This document shows, in pieces, positions 1-28,100 of a stretch of 64,000 nt of DNA. The translations under genes were made by a program, and so were the position numbers. Origin of the DNA: Hypanus sabinus. Its lineage: Eukaryota. The stretch spans positions 17,732,001-17,796,000 of the forward strand of contig NC_082734.1 in NCBI RefSeq assembly GCF_030144855.1, written 5' to 3'. Positions within the stretch are counted from its first letter, which is position 1. Each line of letters starts with the position of its first letter. The notes beneath the pieces are model-generated. The model saw nothing but the letters and a program-made list of their open reading frames with translations, was not told where the DNA came from and searched no databases.

Positions 1-458
1 GGTGTACGGCGCACCCCTGGTTGTCCCCGGGGAGTTCATACCAGCCCCAAGGGGGCACGAGGAAGAACCCGCAGCAGTCCTGGGCAGACTACGCGAGAGG
101 CTCGGCAACCTGGCCCCCATACCCACTTAACAGCATGGGCAGAACCCGACCTGTGTACCCAGAGACCTGCGAAACTCTAAGTTTGTGTTTGTACGAGCGG
201 GCGGACATCGGGCACCACTACAGCAGCCCTACGAGGGGCCGTTTATGGTGATCAGAAACAACGGGTCCACGTTCGTGCTGGACGTTGGGGGGAAAGAGGA
301 GGTTTTCACGGTGGACCGCCTCAAACCGGCCCATGTGGACGTGGCGCAACCGGTCGAGTTTCCGGCACCGCGGCGCAGAGGCCGACCTCCCAAACCGGGT
401 CCAGTCCAGACTGTGGACATTGGGGGGTGTATCGCCGGTTCTCGGGGGCGGGGGATTA
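1..458 (+). mobile_element. Gypsy/Ty3 LTR retrotransposon, 3' end of integrase and polypurine tract
   Basis: Frame 185-478 encodes VFVR...LQQPYEGPF...VDRLKPAH (integrase GPY/F module). Purine run GGGGGCGGGGGA precedes the LTR TG at 459. Confidence 0.85.
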
Positions 459-640
459 TGTGGCGACCCACTTCCTAGCGTATCCGAACCGACTCACAAA
501 TGGACAGCGCGCCGGCACAACGGCCAGTCCCAAAAAGGCGCCAGGTCTGCTTCACTAACAAAGGGAAAAGCTGGCGTATTCAGGACTGTGAATATGCGCG
601 CCCGGGAGGCTTTAAAGCGAGGCCGCGGAGTTGGAAGAAT
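459..640 (+). mobile_element. Truncated 3' LTR of the Gypsy element
   Basis: Begins TGTGGCG right after the PPT; TATA-like CTTTAAAG near 610-617; no AATAAA or clear terminal CA before it merges into the ADSL promoter. Right edge is approximate. Confidence 0.6.
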
Positions 641-812
641 CTCATCGGCCCCGGGTCGTGATTTCCGCGGGGCGCGCAGCTCACCGCGACACCTGCGCAC
701 TCCCGGCGCCAGTGGCCATGTGACATGGCGCTGCGAGCCCGTTGGCCGACCGTCCGCCAATCAGCGGCCGCCGTCGGCGGAGGCGTGCGGCGGGCTGGAC
801 GCGGCCGGAGAG
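640..812 (+). promoter_or_regulatory. ADSL CpG-island promoter / 5'UTR
   Basis: Very GC- and CpG-rich; CATGTG E-box 717-722; CCAAT box 757-761; lies just upstream of the start codon. Confidence 0.7.
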
Positions 813-17539
<16,727 letters not shown>

Positions 17540-18432
17540 GAAGTGGTGAGCTGGTCCCCACACCCGGTGCTGCAGCTCATCGAAGACTCTGTGTGGGATG
17601 TGTGCTTCTGATTTTGTGTTCCATTTGAGTAGAGTGTGTGAATGAGGACAGGTCCTCCCCAGGTCACAAACACCCGACTTGGGAGCCTGTACGGTTTTGG
17701 AGACTGGTGGGATGGATTTGCTGGCTGCTGTGGGACAGCGGGAGTCCTCTGCCTTGTGGGAACCTCATCATTGTATCTTGCAGGGAAATTGGAGTGGTTG
17801 AATTAAACATCTTGGTTTGTCGATATGCATAAAATACTGGAGATATCGGCCGGTCAGGCAGCATCAATGGAGGGAAATAAAGCGTCTTGATGAAGCATTT
17901 CAGCTCAAAACTTTGACTGTTTCCCTTCACAGATGCTGTCTGACTTGCTGAGTTTCTCCAGCATTTTGTGTGTGTTGAAACCCTTGTTTCTGGTTTGACT
18001 ACACATTGGCCTGTGTTTTTATTTTAATATATTGCCAGGTAGACATGTTTCTGATGGAGAACCTTTTGGGTAATGGACAGTCCTCGGGATCAGGACCTGG
18101 GGAGGGCCTGTCTCTCTGTGAGCAGGTCTTGATAAGTAGTGTTTGAAAATATTAGATGTGCCTAAGCTCAGCGTTACTTTGCCTGTGAAGCACAAACAGG
18201 ATAGAAAGTCTGTTTCCCATTTCAGAGGGAGGTAATCTCGCCCCCACCTCCAATTCACATGGATCTGTGATTGAAGAAACATCTCCATCAATTTCCACTC
18301 CAAATGTCACTCAAAAGCATTGGGTGATCCCAGTAAAACATGAGTGATGGGATTCCAGCTGGGAGCTGGAGTGTCATCAGTGGCCAAACAGATATTGTTG
18401 GTTCTGTATAGCTCTGTGCTGCATCTTTTTAA

Positions 18433-18521
18433 AATAAAGACCTCTTGAAATGACATTCAGAACAGATTTTTTTTGTGTGTTTCAATGTCAATTTGAGTAA
18501 TCATTGAAAAGATTCAATAAA
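18433..18521 (+). terminator. Likely ADSL polyadenylation signals
   Basis: AATAAA at 18433-18438 followed by a U/GU-rich tract (ttttttgtgtgtttc); second AATAAA at 18516-18521. Confidence 0.6.
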
Positions 18522-19199
18522 CATCTCTAGTACCACCAATTAACCCAGCTAGAAAGGGAATCTGGGGATAATGGGGAAACAAGAAGGTGGTAGATGGGTT
18601 AGAAGTATTTGCATCAGTCTTCTCTGCAAGATCAGCATAATATCATGGGCTGAATGGCCTGTACAGTGCTATGCTGTTCTGTGATAATGGGGAGGAATGA
18701 TGTAAGTTGAGGTGCGGAGGGGGAGGAGGCAGATGGGGATGGATGAGGTTCAAAGTAAATTTATTATCAAAGTACTCGTCACCGTAAACTAACCCTGAGA
18801 TTATTTTGGTGAGTTTGGGTAAATACAAAGAAGCAATCGAATCTGGGCGACCAATGTGCAAGAGACGACAGACTCTGCAAATACAAAAAAAAGGTGGGGG
18901 AAATAATTTAAAAAGAAGAGCTTGAGCTGTAGAACCTTGAAAGTGGGAACAGTTCAGTGTTGGGACGATTGAAGTTGAGTGAAGTTATCTCCTCTGGTCC
19001 AAGAGCCTGATGGTTAAGGGGTAGTGACTGTTCCCGAAGCTGGTGGTGTGGGTCCTGAGGTTCTTGTACCTTCTTCCTCATGGCAACAGCGAGAAGAGAG
19101 CATGGTGGTGGGGGTCCCTGATGATGGATACTGCTTTCCTGAAACAACCCTCCTGTATACTGATTCGGTGCCGACAGGTTGGAGACTAGTGTAAGGGGA

Positions 19200-19620
19200 C
19201 AGGGCTGGGACCTTAATTTCTCCGGCGCCCGACATGATTCAACCTGGAGGAAAGAGCCCGAACCGGGATGAGTAACCAGTTTAGTGGCACCTCGTTATAT
19301 CACTGCGCAAGCGCAGCAGCCTTCCGCCAGTACTAAAGATGGCAGCAGCAAAAATGAGACTCTGAAGTTTTCTCCGCAGGCGATTGGTTCCGGGTCATCC
19401 TGGCGGAAGAGGATGTGAGGGGACAATTTGCCACGTAGGTGACGTCATCTAAGACAACATTGGAACAGCATCGGTGAATCAGGTGAAGTTAACGCCGTGG
19501 GGTCCGCTGAGGGGGCTCGGATCTCTTGCTTGTGTCCAGGGATCTGCCACTCAGGAACTGAGGTCCAGAGCCTGTAATCTAAACATCTGGGATCCAGAGT
19601 GTGTGGGTGAGTGACATTAT
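19200..19620 (+). promoter_or_regulatory. PICK1 promoter and probable non-coding exon 1
   Basis: CpG-rich. NRF1-like TGCGCAAGCGCA 19304-19315; YY1-like AAGATGGCAGC 19336-19346; inverted CCAAT 19382-19387; perfect CRE TGACGTCA 19440-19447; candidate donor gtgagt at 19607. The first coding exon has its own acceptor (tacag| at 22073), which implies an upstream UTR exon. Confidence 0.7.
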
Positions 19621-20018
19621 CTGGGGGAGGCCGAAGGTGGGGGGAGGGAAATAAATTGGATTTAATACAAAGTCAATATACATGGGTGTTGGATGGCCAG
19701 AATGGACTCCGAGGGCTGGTGGTTGTGCTCTATAACCCAGTGACTCTGTGACATTTTGATTCCAGTCACAATATTGCAGCCCTACCTTTTACTGACTTTT
19801 GCAACTTTCTTGCCTCTCTGAATGTAGGCATGTCAATGTTTAGAGGAAATAGTAAGCACAGGATTATGTAAAGATGCTGCTGGGTGGTCAACATGGATTC
19901 AGTGGGCCGAAGGGCTTGTTTCGTGCTGTGTCTTTCTAAATCTGACACATATGTTGGGCTGATGAGTGGAACATTAACCCATTTATGTCCTCCTCCTCTG
20001 CATTCTGCCCCTCAGTGA

Positions 20019-20279
20019 TGTAGTAGGTTGTAACAAATAAAACAGTGTCAGGCGTATGTTTAAGAATAACTGCAACAGCTCATTTATTGTAGTCCAAACA
20101 CTGAACGCAAAGTGGGGTGAAAACATCTTCATGCAATCACCAGCCCCTTAAAGTGAACCTCAATTCAATGTCAATGGGTTTCAGTGTGATCCCTCCTCAC
20201 TCTTCTAAACCCCAGAGAGTGCAGACCCAGAGCCCTCAAACATTAACCCTTACATTCCCACCGGTTACGTTACCCTACA
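20019..20279 (-). mobile_element. Putative short solo LTR
   Basis: TGTAG...CTACA termini; minus-strand AATAAA at 20083-20088; no TSD. Confidence 0.3.
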
Positions 20280-22116
20280 ACACCATCATGGTGGCCAGTC
20301 CTCCATCTCCCACCTCCTCTTTCCATCTCTCTCCCCATCCCTTCCCTCGCCCCATTCTCTCCCTATCCTAACCCCTCACTCCCATCTCTCCACTCCTCCA
20401 TTACCACTAATTGTTTTTATTGCTGTTGTCTTAACACTCAGTTCCGATCAGCATTCTCCAACTAAATATTAGGAAGCCCAAAGACAATGCTTCTGTTCTT
20501 CAGACTCCATCTCCCTTGGCCCTGCTGTGGTCTCAACCAGACTAATCCTAAGATAAACTCTGATCTCTCATCGACACATTGCCCTGACACTCATTTTCAC
20601 CCGAGATACTGCCCGGCCCTGCCTCTGGTTTCAATCAGTGGTGACTCAAACCCTCAGCTATGTCTTGGTTAACTTCTAGACAACGATTCCTGGCTGGTCT
20701 CCCACCTTCTGTCAGACATCTGTCAATCTCTGGGAATGAAGGGGTTAATGTAAGGGGAGTGTTTGAGGGCTCTGTGCCTTCACTCACAGGGGTTTAGAAG
20801 AGTGAGGAGGGATCTCATTGAAACCTATCGAATATTGAAAGTCCTGGATGGAGAGGACGTTTCCTTTGTGGCTGAGTCTAGGAAGAGAGAGGGCCGTCCC
20901 CTTAGAACAGAGATTGGAGGAACTTCTTTAGCCAGAGGGCAGTGAATCGGTGGAATTCACTGCCACAGATGGCTGTGGAGCCCAAGTCGGTGGGTATACT
21001 TAAAGCGGAGGTTGATAAATTCTTGGTTAATCAGGGTGTCAAAGGCTACAGAGAAAATATAGAGGAATGGGGTTGAGAGGGATAATAAACCAGCCATGAT
21101 GGAATGGTGGAGAAGATTCGATGGGCTGATTGGCCTAATTCTGTTCCTGTGTTATGCTTCCAGTATCCTAACATTTCACTATAGTTCTGCTTGTTGCCCT
21201 TTGCTCGCTGATGATTTGTCTTCTGGTTAAGTTCAGGTCCGGCATTTTCAGTCCATTACTGCAGTCCCCACCCCTCAGGTTATCTCTCCGACTCCCTCAG
21301 GTGCTGCACTTCCCTGCTCCCCTTCAATTCCGGCATCCAGTCTGAATCTCATTCCCACCCTGGCACCCAGTACACATTCAGTCTGAATTGCAGCACCCCG
21401 GCATCCTGACCTCCTCCTCGTTTTCCTGAAGCTTTACGGCGTGTTACTGCCACCTCCTGAACTGGAGTGTGGCTTGGGACAGCTGAATCTAATATACAGT
21501 ACTGTATTAGTATTTGTATCAAATCTATAAAAAAAAAGACCTGCATTGTTAAGGAACTGCACTATATGTTTACATCAATAATCCTGTGATCTTTTCTGCA
21601 CAATATTGTTGATGCTGCATTTTATTATGTGATAACTTTAAAATCAACCATCCCCTCTCTTGATTATGTCTTGGACACCTCACCAGTCCGTGCTCAACCA
21701 TTTCTTGTTGATTACAATACTCAAATCTCCCATTACTGTGTTTCTACATTAAAACAATGTACGATTTAACCCCGTGTGCCCAAACCTCAACCTCGATATT
21801 GTCACTTTCCTGCTCTTTCCTGCCATCCCACCTCTTTCTGCCTTTAGTTGCCGAGGCCCTGGCTGCTTGATTTTCCATTCTACACCTCTCTGCGTCTCAT
21901 TTCTCTTTTAATAGAGTCTGGCACTGAGCTTTCGGACATCTCAGTATCAGAATGATTGCCCGTTTTCTTGTGAGGTTCCTCGGGATCATTTGCGATGTTA
22001 CAGATACAATGGGAATGCAGTTATTGCTGGTGAGCAGGTACGACAGGCCCCACTGACTAAATGTACTTTACAGAGACCAGGAGCAGCGGCAGGATTTTTT
22101 CGAGCAGCCGGCCGTC

Positions 22117-22157
22117 ATGTTCGGTGACATGGATTTTGAAATCGAAGAAGATAAGTT
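22117..22157 (+). CDS. PICK1: PICK1 coding exon 1 (MFGDMDFEIEEDK)
   Basis: N-terminal acidic region; donor |gtgagt. Confidence 0.92.
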
Positions 22158-25100
22158 GTGAGTAATCATCACTTTGAGCGATCCAAGACTTTAGTAACTG
22201 TCCGTTGCTCGTGTTTGGGGTGGGCTGTCGCAAGCTCACGTTTATAATCCGTCCGTAACTGAACGTGACCAGTGACGGTGCCTTAACCCAACTGCTGAAA
22301 GCAAATCCCACTGCTTTGAGACAGCCTGGAGTTGTATAGTTCACCTGCCGATAGTCCAGTGAGCCTTGGGTGCACACCAAGCTGTTCTGCTGAGGTTCCT
22401 GTCTGGCACTTCCTGTAATCAGTGTAGATTGGACTCATTTAACAGGCGCTTTAGACAGGCACTCGATCAATAGACAACCCACTCGATCAATAGACAACCC
22501 ACTCGATCAATAGACAGGCACTCGATCAATAGACAGGCACTCGATCAATAGACAGGCACTCGATCAATAGACAGGCACTCGATCAATAGACAGGCACTCG
22601 ATCAATAGACAACCCACTCGATCAATAGACAGGCACTCGATCAATAGAAAACAACTAACTCCTCATGAGGGCCTCATGTACACCAGTTAGACCACCTCAA
22701 GCCTCGTGGTTAGTCTTGCATGTTCAGTCCATTTTGGGGCATCCCCGCCTCAGATAAGCTTTTATGTGGTCTGTGTTGGTGGACCTGCTGATATCGATGG
22801 AGCCCATCCAATAGGAACCCTTGAACCTGACCAATCAGAGAGAGGTTTTGGTGCTTTAAAAAGAGCCTGGGAGCGATTTGCTGCTTTAAATTGGCTGGAG
22901 AGGTGGAGATAGGTCTCCCTCTGCTAGCCTGTAGGTCACCTTTGGACAAGGTGTGGTACCTGCTTAGCCCCTGATCAGGGTTACATGAATCCATGGGAGC
23001 AGGTGGTGGATGGTCGTATGAGCAGACCTGGTATGCGACCACTGACGCCAGGCAGACAATCTCTGAAGAGTATTGATAATGGCTGGGGTCACCCGTCTTG
23101 TGAAGACACTGCCCAGAAAGTGGGAATGGCAAAACAATTCTGTAGAAAAATTTGCCAAGAACAATCATGGTCAAGACCGTGATTGGCTGCGTCATTTGAC
23201 ACAACACATAACAAACAAACCATGCTCTAAAAGCCATTTGGTGCTTTAAAAAGAGAATGGGAGCCTTTAAGGTCACTGGCCAAGTGGAAAAGATAGTTCT
23301 ACTAAACTAGGTTGACCAAACTCAGGTTGGGTGATGGCTTTGCAGGAGTTTTCATCTATTCCTACTCTACACACTTAGAGTGAGGCCCAGTGAAGTGCCT
23401 TGTCTCCTGTGTGGGCCTGTTATAGCCTTCACTTTCTGATCTACAGGCATGCCTGGGGTCGGTCAGTCTCTCTCTCCCCCCTCTCCCCCTGCCTCTCTCG
23501 CCGATGAAGGGATACGGGGGGGGTGGGGGGGAAGGAGGCAGGAGATTGGGGCTGAGAGGGAAAATGGATCAGCCATGATGAAATGGCAGAGCAGACTCGA
23601 TGGGCCAAATGGCCTAATTCTGCACCTTTATCTTATGGTATTTCAAAAAAAAAGCAGTTAACATACTGAATGTCAAAGTTTTGCACTCTTTTCTTTGGTA
23701 TTTTTTATTGAGATGAGTGAATTTTATTTTTTTAATATAAAAATATTGCAGCTTTCTGGGCTCAAAATTGAATTTTCCAACTTTGTTTACCTGAATCAGC
23801 CATTTCTGCAGTGACTCAGCCGGTTACCACAATGATAATTTTCTCTCTGCCTGCCCTGCTGTGAGCCACACCGAGCACACAGCAAGAAGGGTAGTCCCTC
23901 TCAAACTGGTCCTTAACCCTCTGGACCCCATGACTCACCCCCATGGCATATCTGGCCTCGGCCCATCACATTTCCTGTGGCTGACCTGTCTATCCCTCCT
24001 CCTTCTTGGCGGCAAGAAACCATCTCTTCTCTCTCTTATTCCCACTTCTGACTGAGCTGAAATATTCACTCTGCTTCACTCTCCACAGACGCTGCCTGAC
24101 CCGCTGAATGTTTCCAGCTTTCTGTTTTGATTTTAGATTCCCAGCCGATCCTTTGATTTTCAGATCAGGCCCTCCCTCCTCCCACATCCACTCCCTCTCC
24201 CTCTTCCTCTCTGCTGCTTTCCCTGTGTCCAATTCCTGGAAAATTTGCACATGACTGAGTTTGATCCTTCCCAAGTTCGTCTCAGGAGAGAGAGCAAACC
24301 TCATCATACTGTCACTGAGTCAATATTCATTGGCGGGGGGACCCAATGGGGTGTCACCCATTGACCGGAGAGGGTGTGGGCGTCACCCATTGACCGGAGA
24401 GGGTGTGGGCGTCACCCATTGACCGGAGAGGGTGTGGGTGTCACCCATTGACTGGAGGGGTGTGGGCGTCACCCATTGACCGGAGAGGGTGTGGGTGTCA
24501 CCCATTGACCGGAGAGGGTGTGGGTGTCACCCACTGATTCAGAAGGTTAATATCATAGCTGTATCCAGTGAAATGAAATTTTAATATCTTAAGCATGTTA
24601 CAAAAATGTCAACTGTTGCAGGGGAATTCCAACCGTGCCTGGGACTGTGACGCTTAAAAAGGACTCTCAGAATTTAATTGGCATCAGCATCGGCGGAGGT
24701 GCCCAGTACTGCCCCTGTTTGTACATTGTGCAGGTGAGACGCCCTCATTGTACAGAAAGTAACCTGTTTCTCGCTGCAGTGAAAGGCACCCTCTACCATG
24801 CCCGTCTCCAGTAACCCACCGATTTAACCCCAGGACAATTTACCTACTAACCAGGACGTCTTTAGACTGTGGCAGGAAAACCCACAAGCACACTCGAAGA
24901 GCATACAAACTTTTTACAGAGGGCGTTGGAGTCAAACTCTGAAATCCAACTGCAGAAGCACTGCACTGCCGTGGTGCCCCATTTGGTTTCCTCATTTGCC
25001 CACTTCTCCATTGGGGTTGGGTCTCTGGGAATTTAAAGGAATTCTGTTTGCAGACTTGCCCGGCTGAAGCTTAGTTCACTCTCTTTCCCACCTGCAGCAT

Positions 25101-28100
25101 TAAACATTTCCCTCCCCTTTGTGTTTCTGGACATTTGCTGTAGCTGACTCTGGCCCTCCATTCGCTCATTCTGCATTAATCTCTTCGGGTGTGGCACGTG
25201 GCCAAGTGGTTAAGGTGTTCGTCTGGTTATCTGAAGGTCGCTGGTTCGAACCTTGGCTGAGGCTGCGTGTGTGTCCTGGAGCAAGGCACTTAACCACACA
25301 TTGCTCTGCGACGACACTGGTGCCAAGCTGTATGGGTCCTGATGCCCTTCTCTTGGACAACATTGGTGGCGTGGAGAGGGGAGACTTGCAGCTTGGGCAA
25401 CTGCTGGTCTTCCATTAAAAAAAAACCTTGCCCAGGCTTGCGCCCTGGATACTTTCCAAGGTGCAAATCCATGGTCTATCGAGACTAACGGAGGCCTACT
25501 ACAATATCTCTTCGGGCTACAGAGAGGTGAGTCTAAGGGGGCTCACTGCTTCAGACAGACTCTCCAAAGCCCAGCTTACACTAGGATAGTGTCTCAGACT
25601 GAATACTTCTCCCCTGCATTGTAGGGGCAGCCCACAGCTGACCTGGTGGGAAGGGTAATTATTTACTCAGGGAATGCGTCCCTGAATCCACAGTGGGAAT
25701 ACTGTCCTTGGCTTATTATTGGCGTATTGAAGGAGAGAGGGGGTAGGTGTGAGGGGTAAGTGGTGGATGCCTGGAATGTGCTTTCTGGTATGGTGGTGGA
25801 GGCAAATACTTTAGAGGCTTTTGGATAGGCACATGGATGTGAGGAGGATGGAGGGATAGGGACGTGGTAGGAGGGACTAGAGTTTGGGTGGTTCTGGTTC
25901 AGTACAACATTGTGGGCCGAATGGCCTGTGCTGTACAGTTCTACTGGTGAATATGTTACATTGTTGGGCTGATTGTCAACTGAGGACACATCAGGCCATT
26001 TTATATGTAAGGTGACTGGAGTCGAGGTAAGAGGGGTTTGCTGCGCGTTTACAGAGGTCTGAAGCCCCTCTGGGTCTCAGTGCCGGAGGAGAGGATTGCT
26101 TGTGCTGGGGGTGACTCCACTTCTGCTCTGCCCGCACCCTCCGCTGCTAATCCACGTTCCAGTGCTCTTGTTGCCGCTCCCAGTCTGGATCTACGGGTGA
26201 ATTCTGACCCCGTGACCCGTGTCTCTGCCGGCAGGTTTTCGATAACACTCCCGCTGCCCTGGATGGGACGCTGGCTGCGGGCGACGAGATCATCGGCGTG
26301 ACCGGGAAGTCCGTCAAAGGGAAGACGAAAGTGGAAGTGGCCAAGATGATCCAGGCTGTGAAGGTCAGAGGGAAGAGGGTCTCACGGCAGGGGAGGGGGG
26401 GTGAAGAGGAAGTGAACAGGGTGAAGTGCTGCATTCTGCATGGGAGTGGGGTTGGTTGGGGTGGGATAGTAGAGGGTAGTGCCACAGAGGGAGGGAGTGG
26501 TTGGTACAGGAGGTGGGTGAGGCCGTGTGAATGGGAGAGAGCGCAGTCTGAATTTAATTACGTCCATTACTGCAGCAGCGATCCCCATAACAGACCAAAA
26601 ATTGACATGGAACCGGAGACTGCCTGTTGGAAAGAATGAGCCATTCGGCCCTTTGAGCTTATTCCATCCCTTCAGTAAGATCATTTGACCGTAAGACCAA
26701 AAGATATAGGAGCAGAAGTAGGCCATTTGGCCCATCGAGTCTGCTTCGCCACACATTGATATCCCCATTTCATCCGATTCCTTCTGGGTGAGCAGAACTG
26801 ACCACACCACTCCAGGTGAGGCCGGGCCAGCGTTTGCTGAGGCTCAGCGCAGCTCCCTTGAATTTAGAGTCTCCCTGTGGGAGGAACGTTAGTAGGAGGG
26901 AAGAAATCATCAATGTTTCAAGTCGAAACCTCTACCTCGGGACCGAGGGTTGGAGAGGTGACGCAAGAGATGCTGCAGATGTGGGGAACGCTGAGCAACG
27001 CTCACAAATTGCTGGAGGATCTCAGCCTGGCCTGTTGAGCTCCTCCAGAAGGTGGGGGTGGGGGAGGAATGAAGTGAAAAGCTGGGAGGTGACACATGGG
27101 AACGATAAACCCCAAACCATTCTTCCAGGTGAGGAAAAAGTTCATCTGCAAACCCGTCAGGGTCATCCACTGTATCCAGTGCTACGTCGGGTCTCACCCA
27201 ACCTCGATGAGACCCGAAGTAGATTGGGGGACCGCTTTGTCGAGTGCCTTCGCTCCATCTGCAACTGAGGCGATTTCCCAGCGGCCAGCCATTTTACTCC
27301 CATTCCGACAGGTCACACCGTGGTCTCCTCTGCTGCCCTCTCACCCCTTCCTTTCTGCATCACCTCTCTGTTGTGCCTCCCCCTTCCCTTTCTCCCATGG
27401 TCCACTCACCTTTCCTATCCAATTATCCACTCAGGATCAATAAAGCACTTATTATTATCAGATTCCTTCTTCAGCTACTTCCACCTATCACCTCCATGTT
27501 TTCCATTTAATTCCCCCCCCCTTCCCGTCACACCCAGCACCCCCTCCTCACTGGGATTCATCTACCTCCTTCCAGCTTGTACTCCTTCCCCCTCCCCCAC
27601 CCCCCTCCTCTCCGGACCTGATGAAGTGTCTCGGACCGAATCGTCGACACTTCATTCCTCTCTGTAGATACTGCTGACCTGCTGAGCTTCTCCAGCATTT
27701 CAAAAACTCAAGAAGTTACACAGATTCTGGAAATCCAGAGTAACACGCACGAGATGCTGGAGGAACTCAGCAGGTCAGGCAGCCTCTATGGAAATAAATA
27801 AACAGTCGACGTTTTTAATTCTGATTTCCATTCCTGTTCCGACGTGCCGGTGTGTGGCCTCCTCCAGCATTTTGTGTGTGTGTTACTTGGGCTTTCTAGC
27901 ATCTGTAGAATCTCCTCTGTTTCTCATGATGAACTGTGGTTTTGAGCTAATTAAACAATTTATTTTTTTGAACTCTCCTTTTAATGTCCTGAAAGGGAGA
28001 AGTTACAATTCATTACAACAAACTCCAGGCTGATCCAAAGCAAGGGAAAACCTTAGACATCGGTAAGTAGTCTTACCTGTCTCGTAAGCTGATGTTTACC

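Noticed and set aside
22452-22644. CRISPR-like array
   Set aside because: There are no unique spacers (only a 2-3-nt switch), no cas genes, and the context is a eukaryotic intron.
25190-25265. tRNA gene (also about 11270, 34012 and 54680-54746)
   Set aside because: The A and B boxes are SINE heads continuous with SINE bodies, and in two cases flanked by TSDs. No full cloverleaf is evident.
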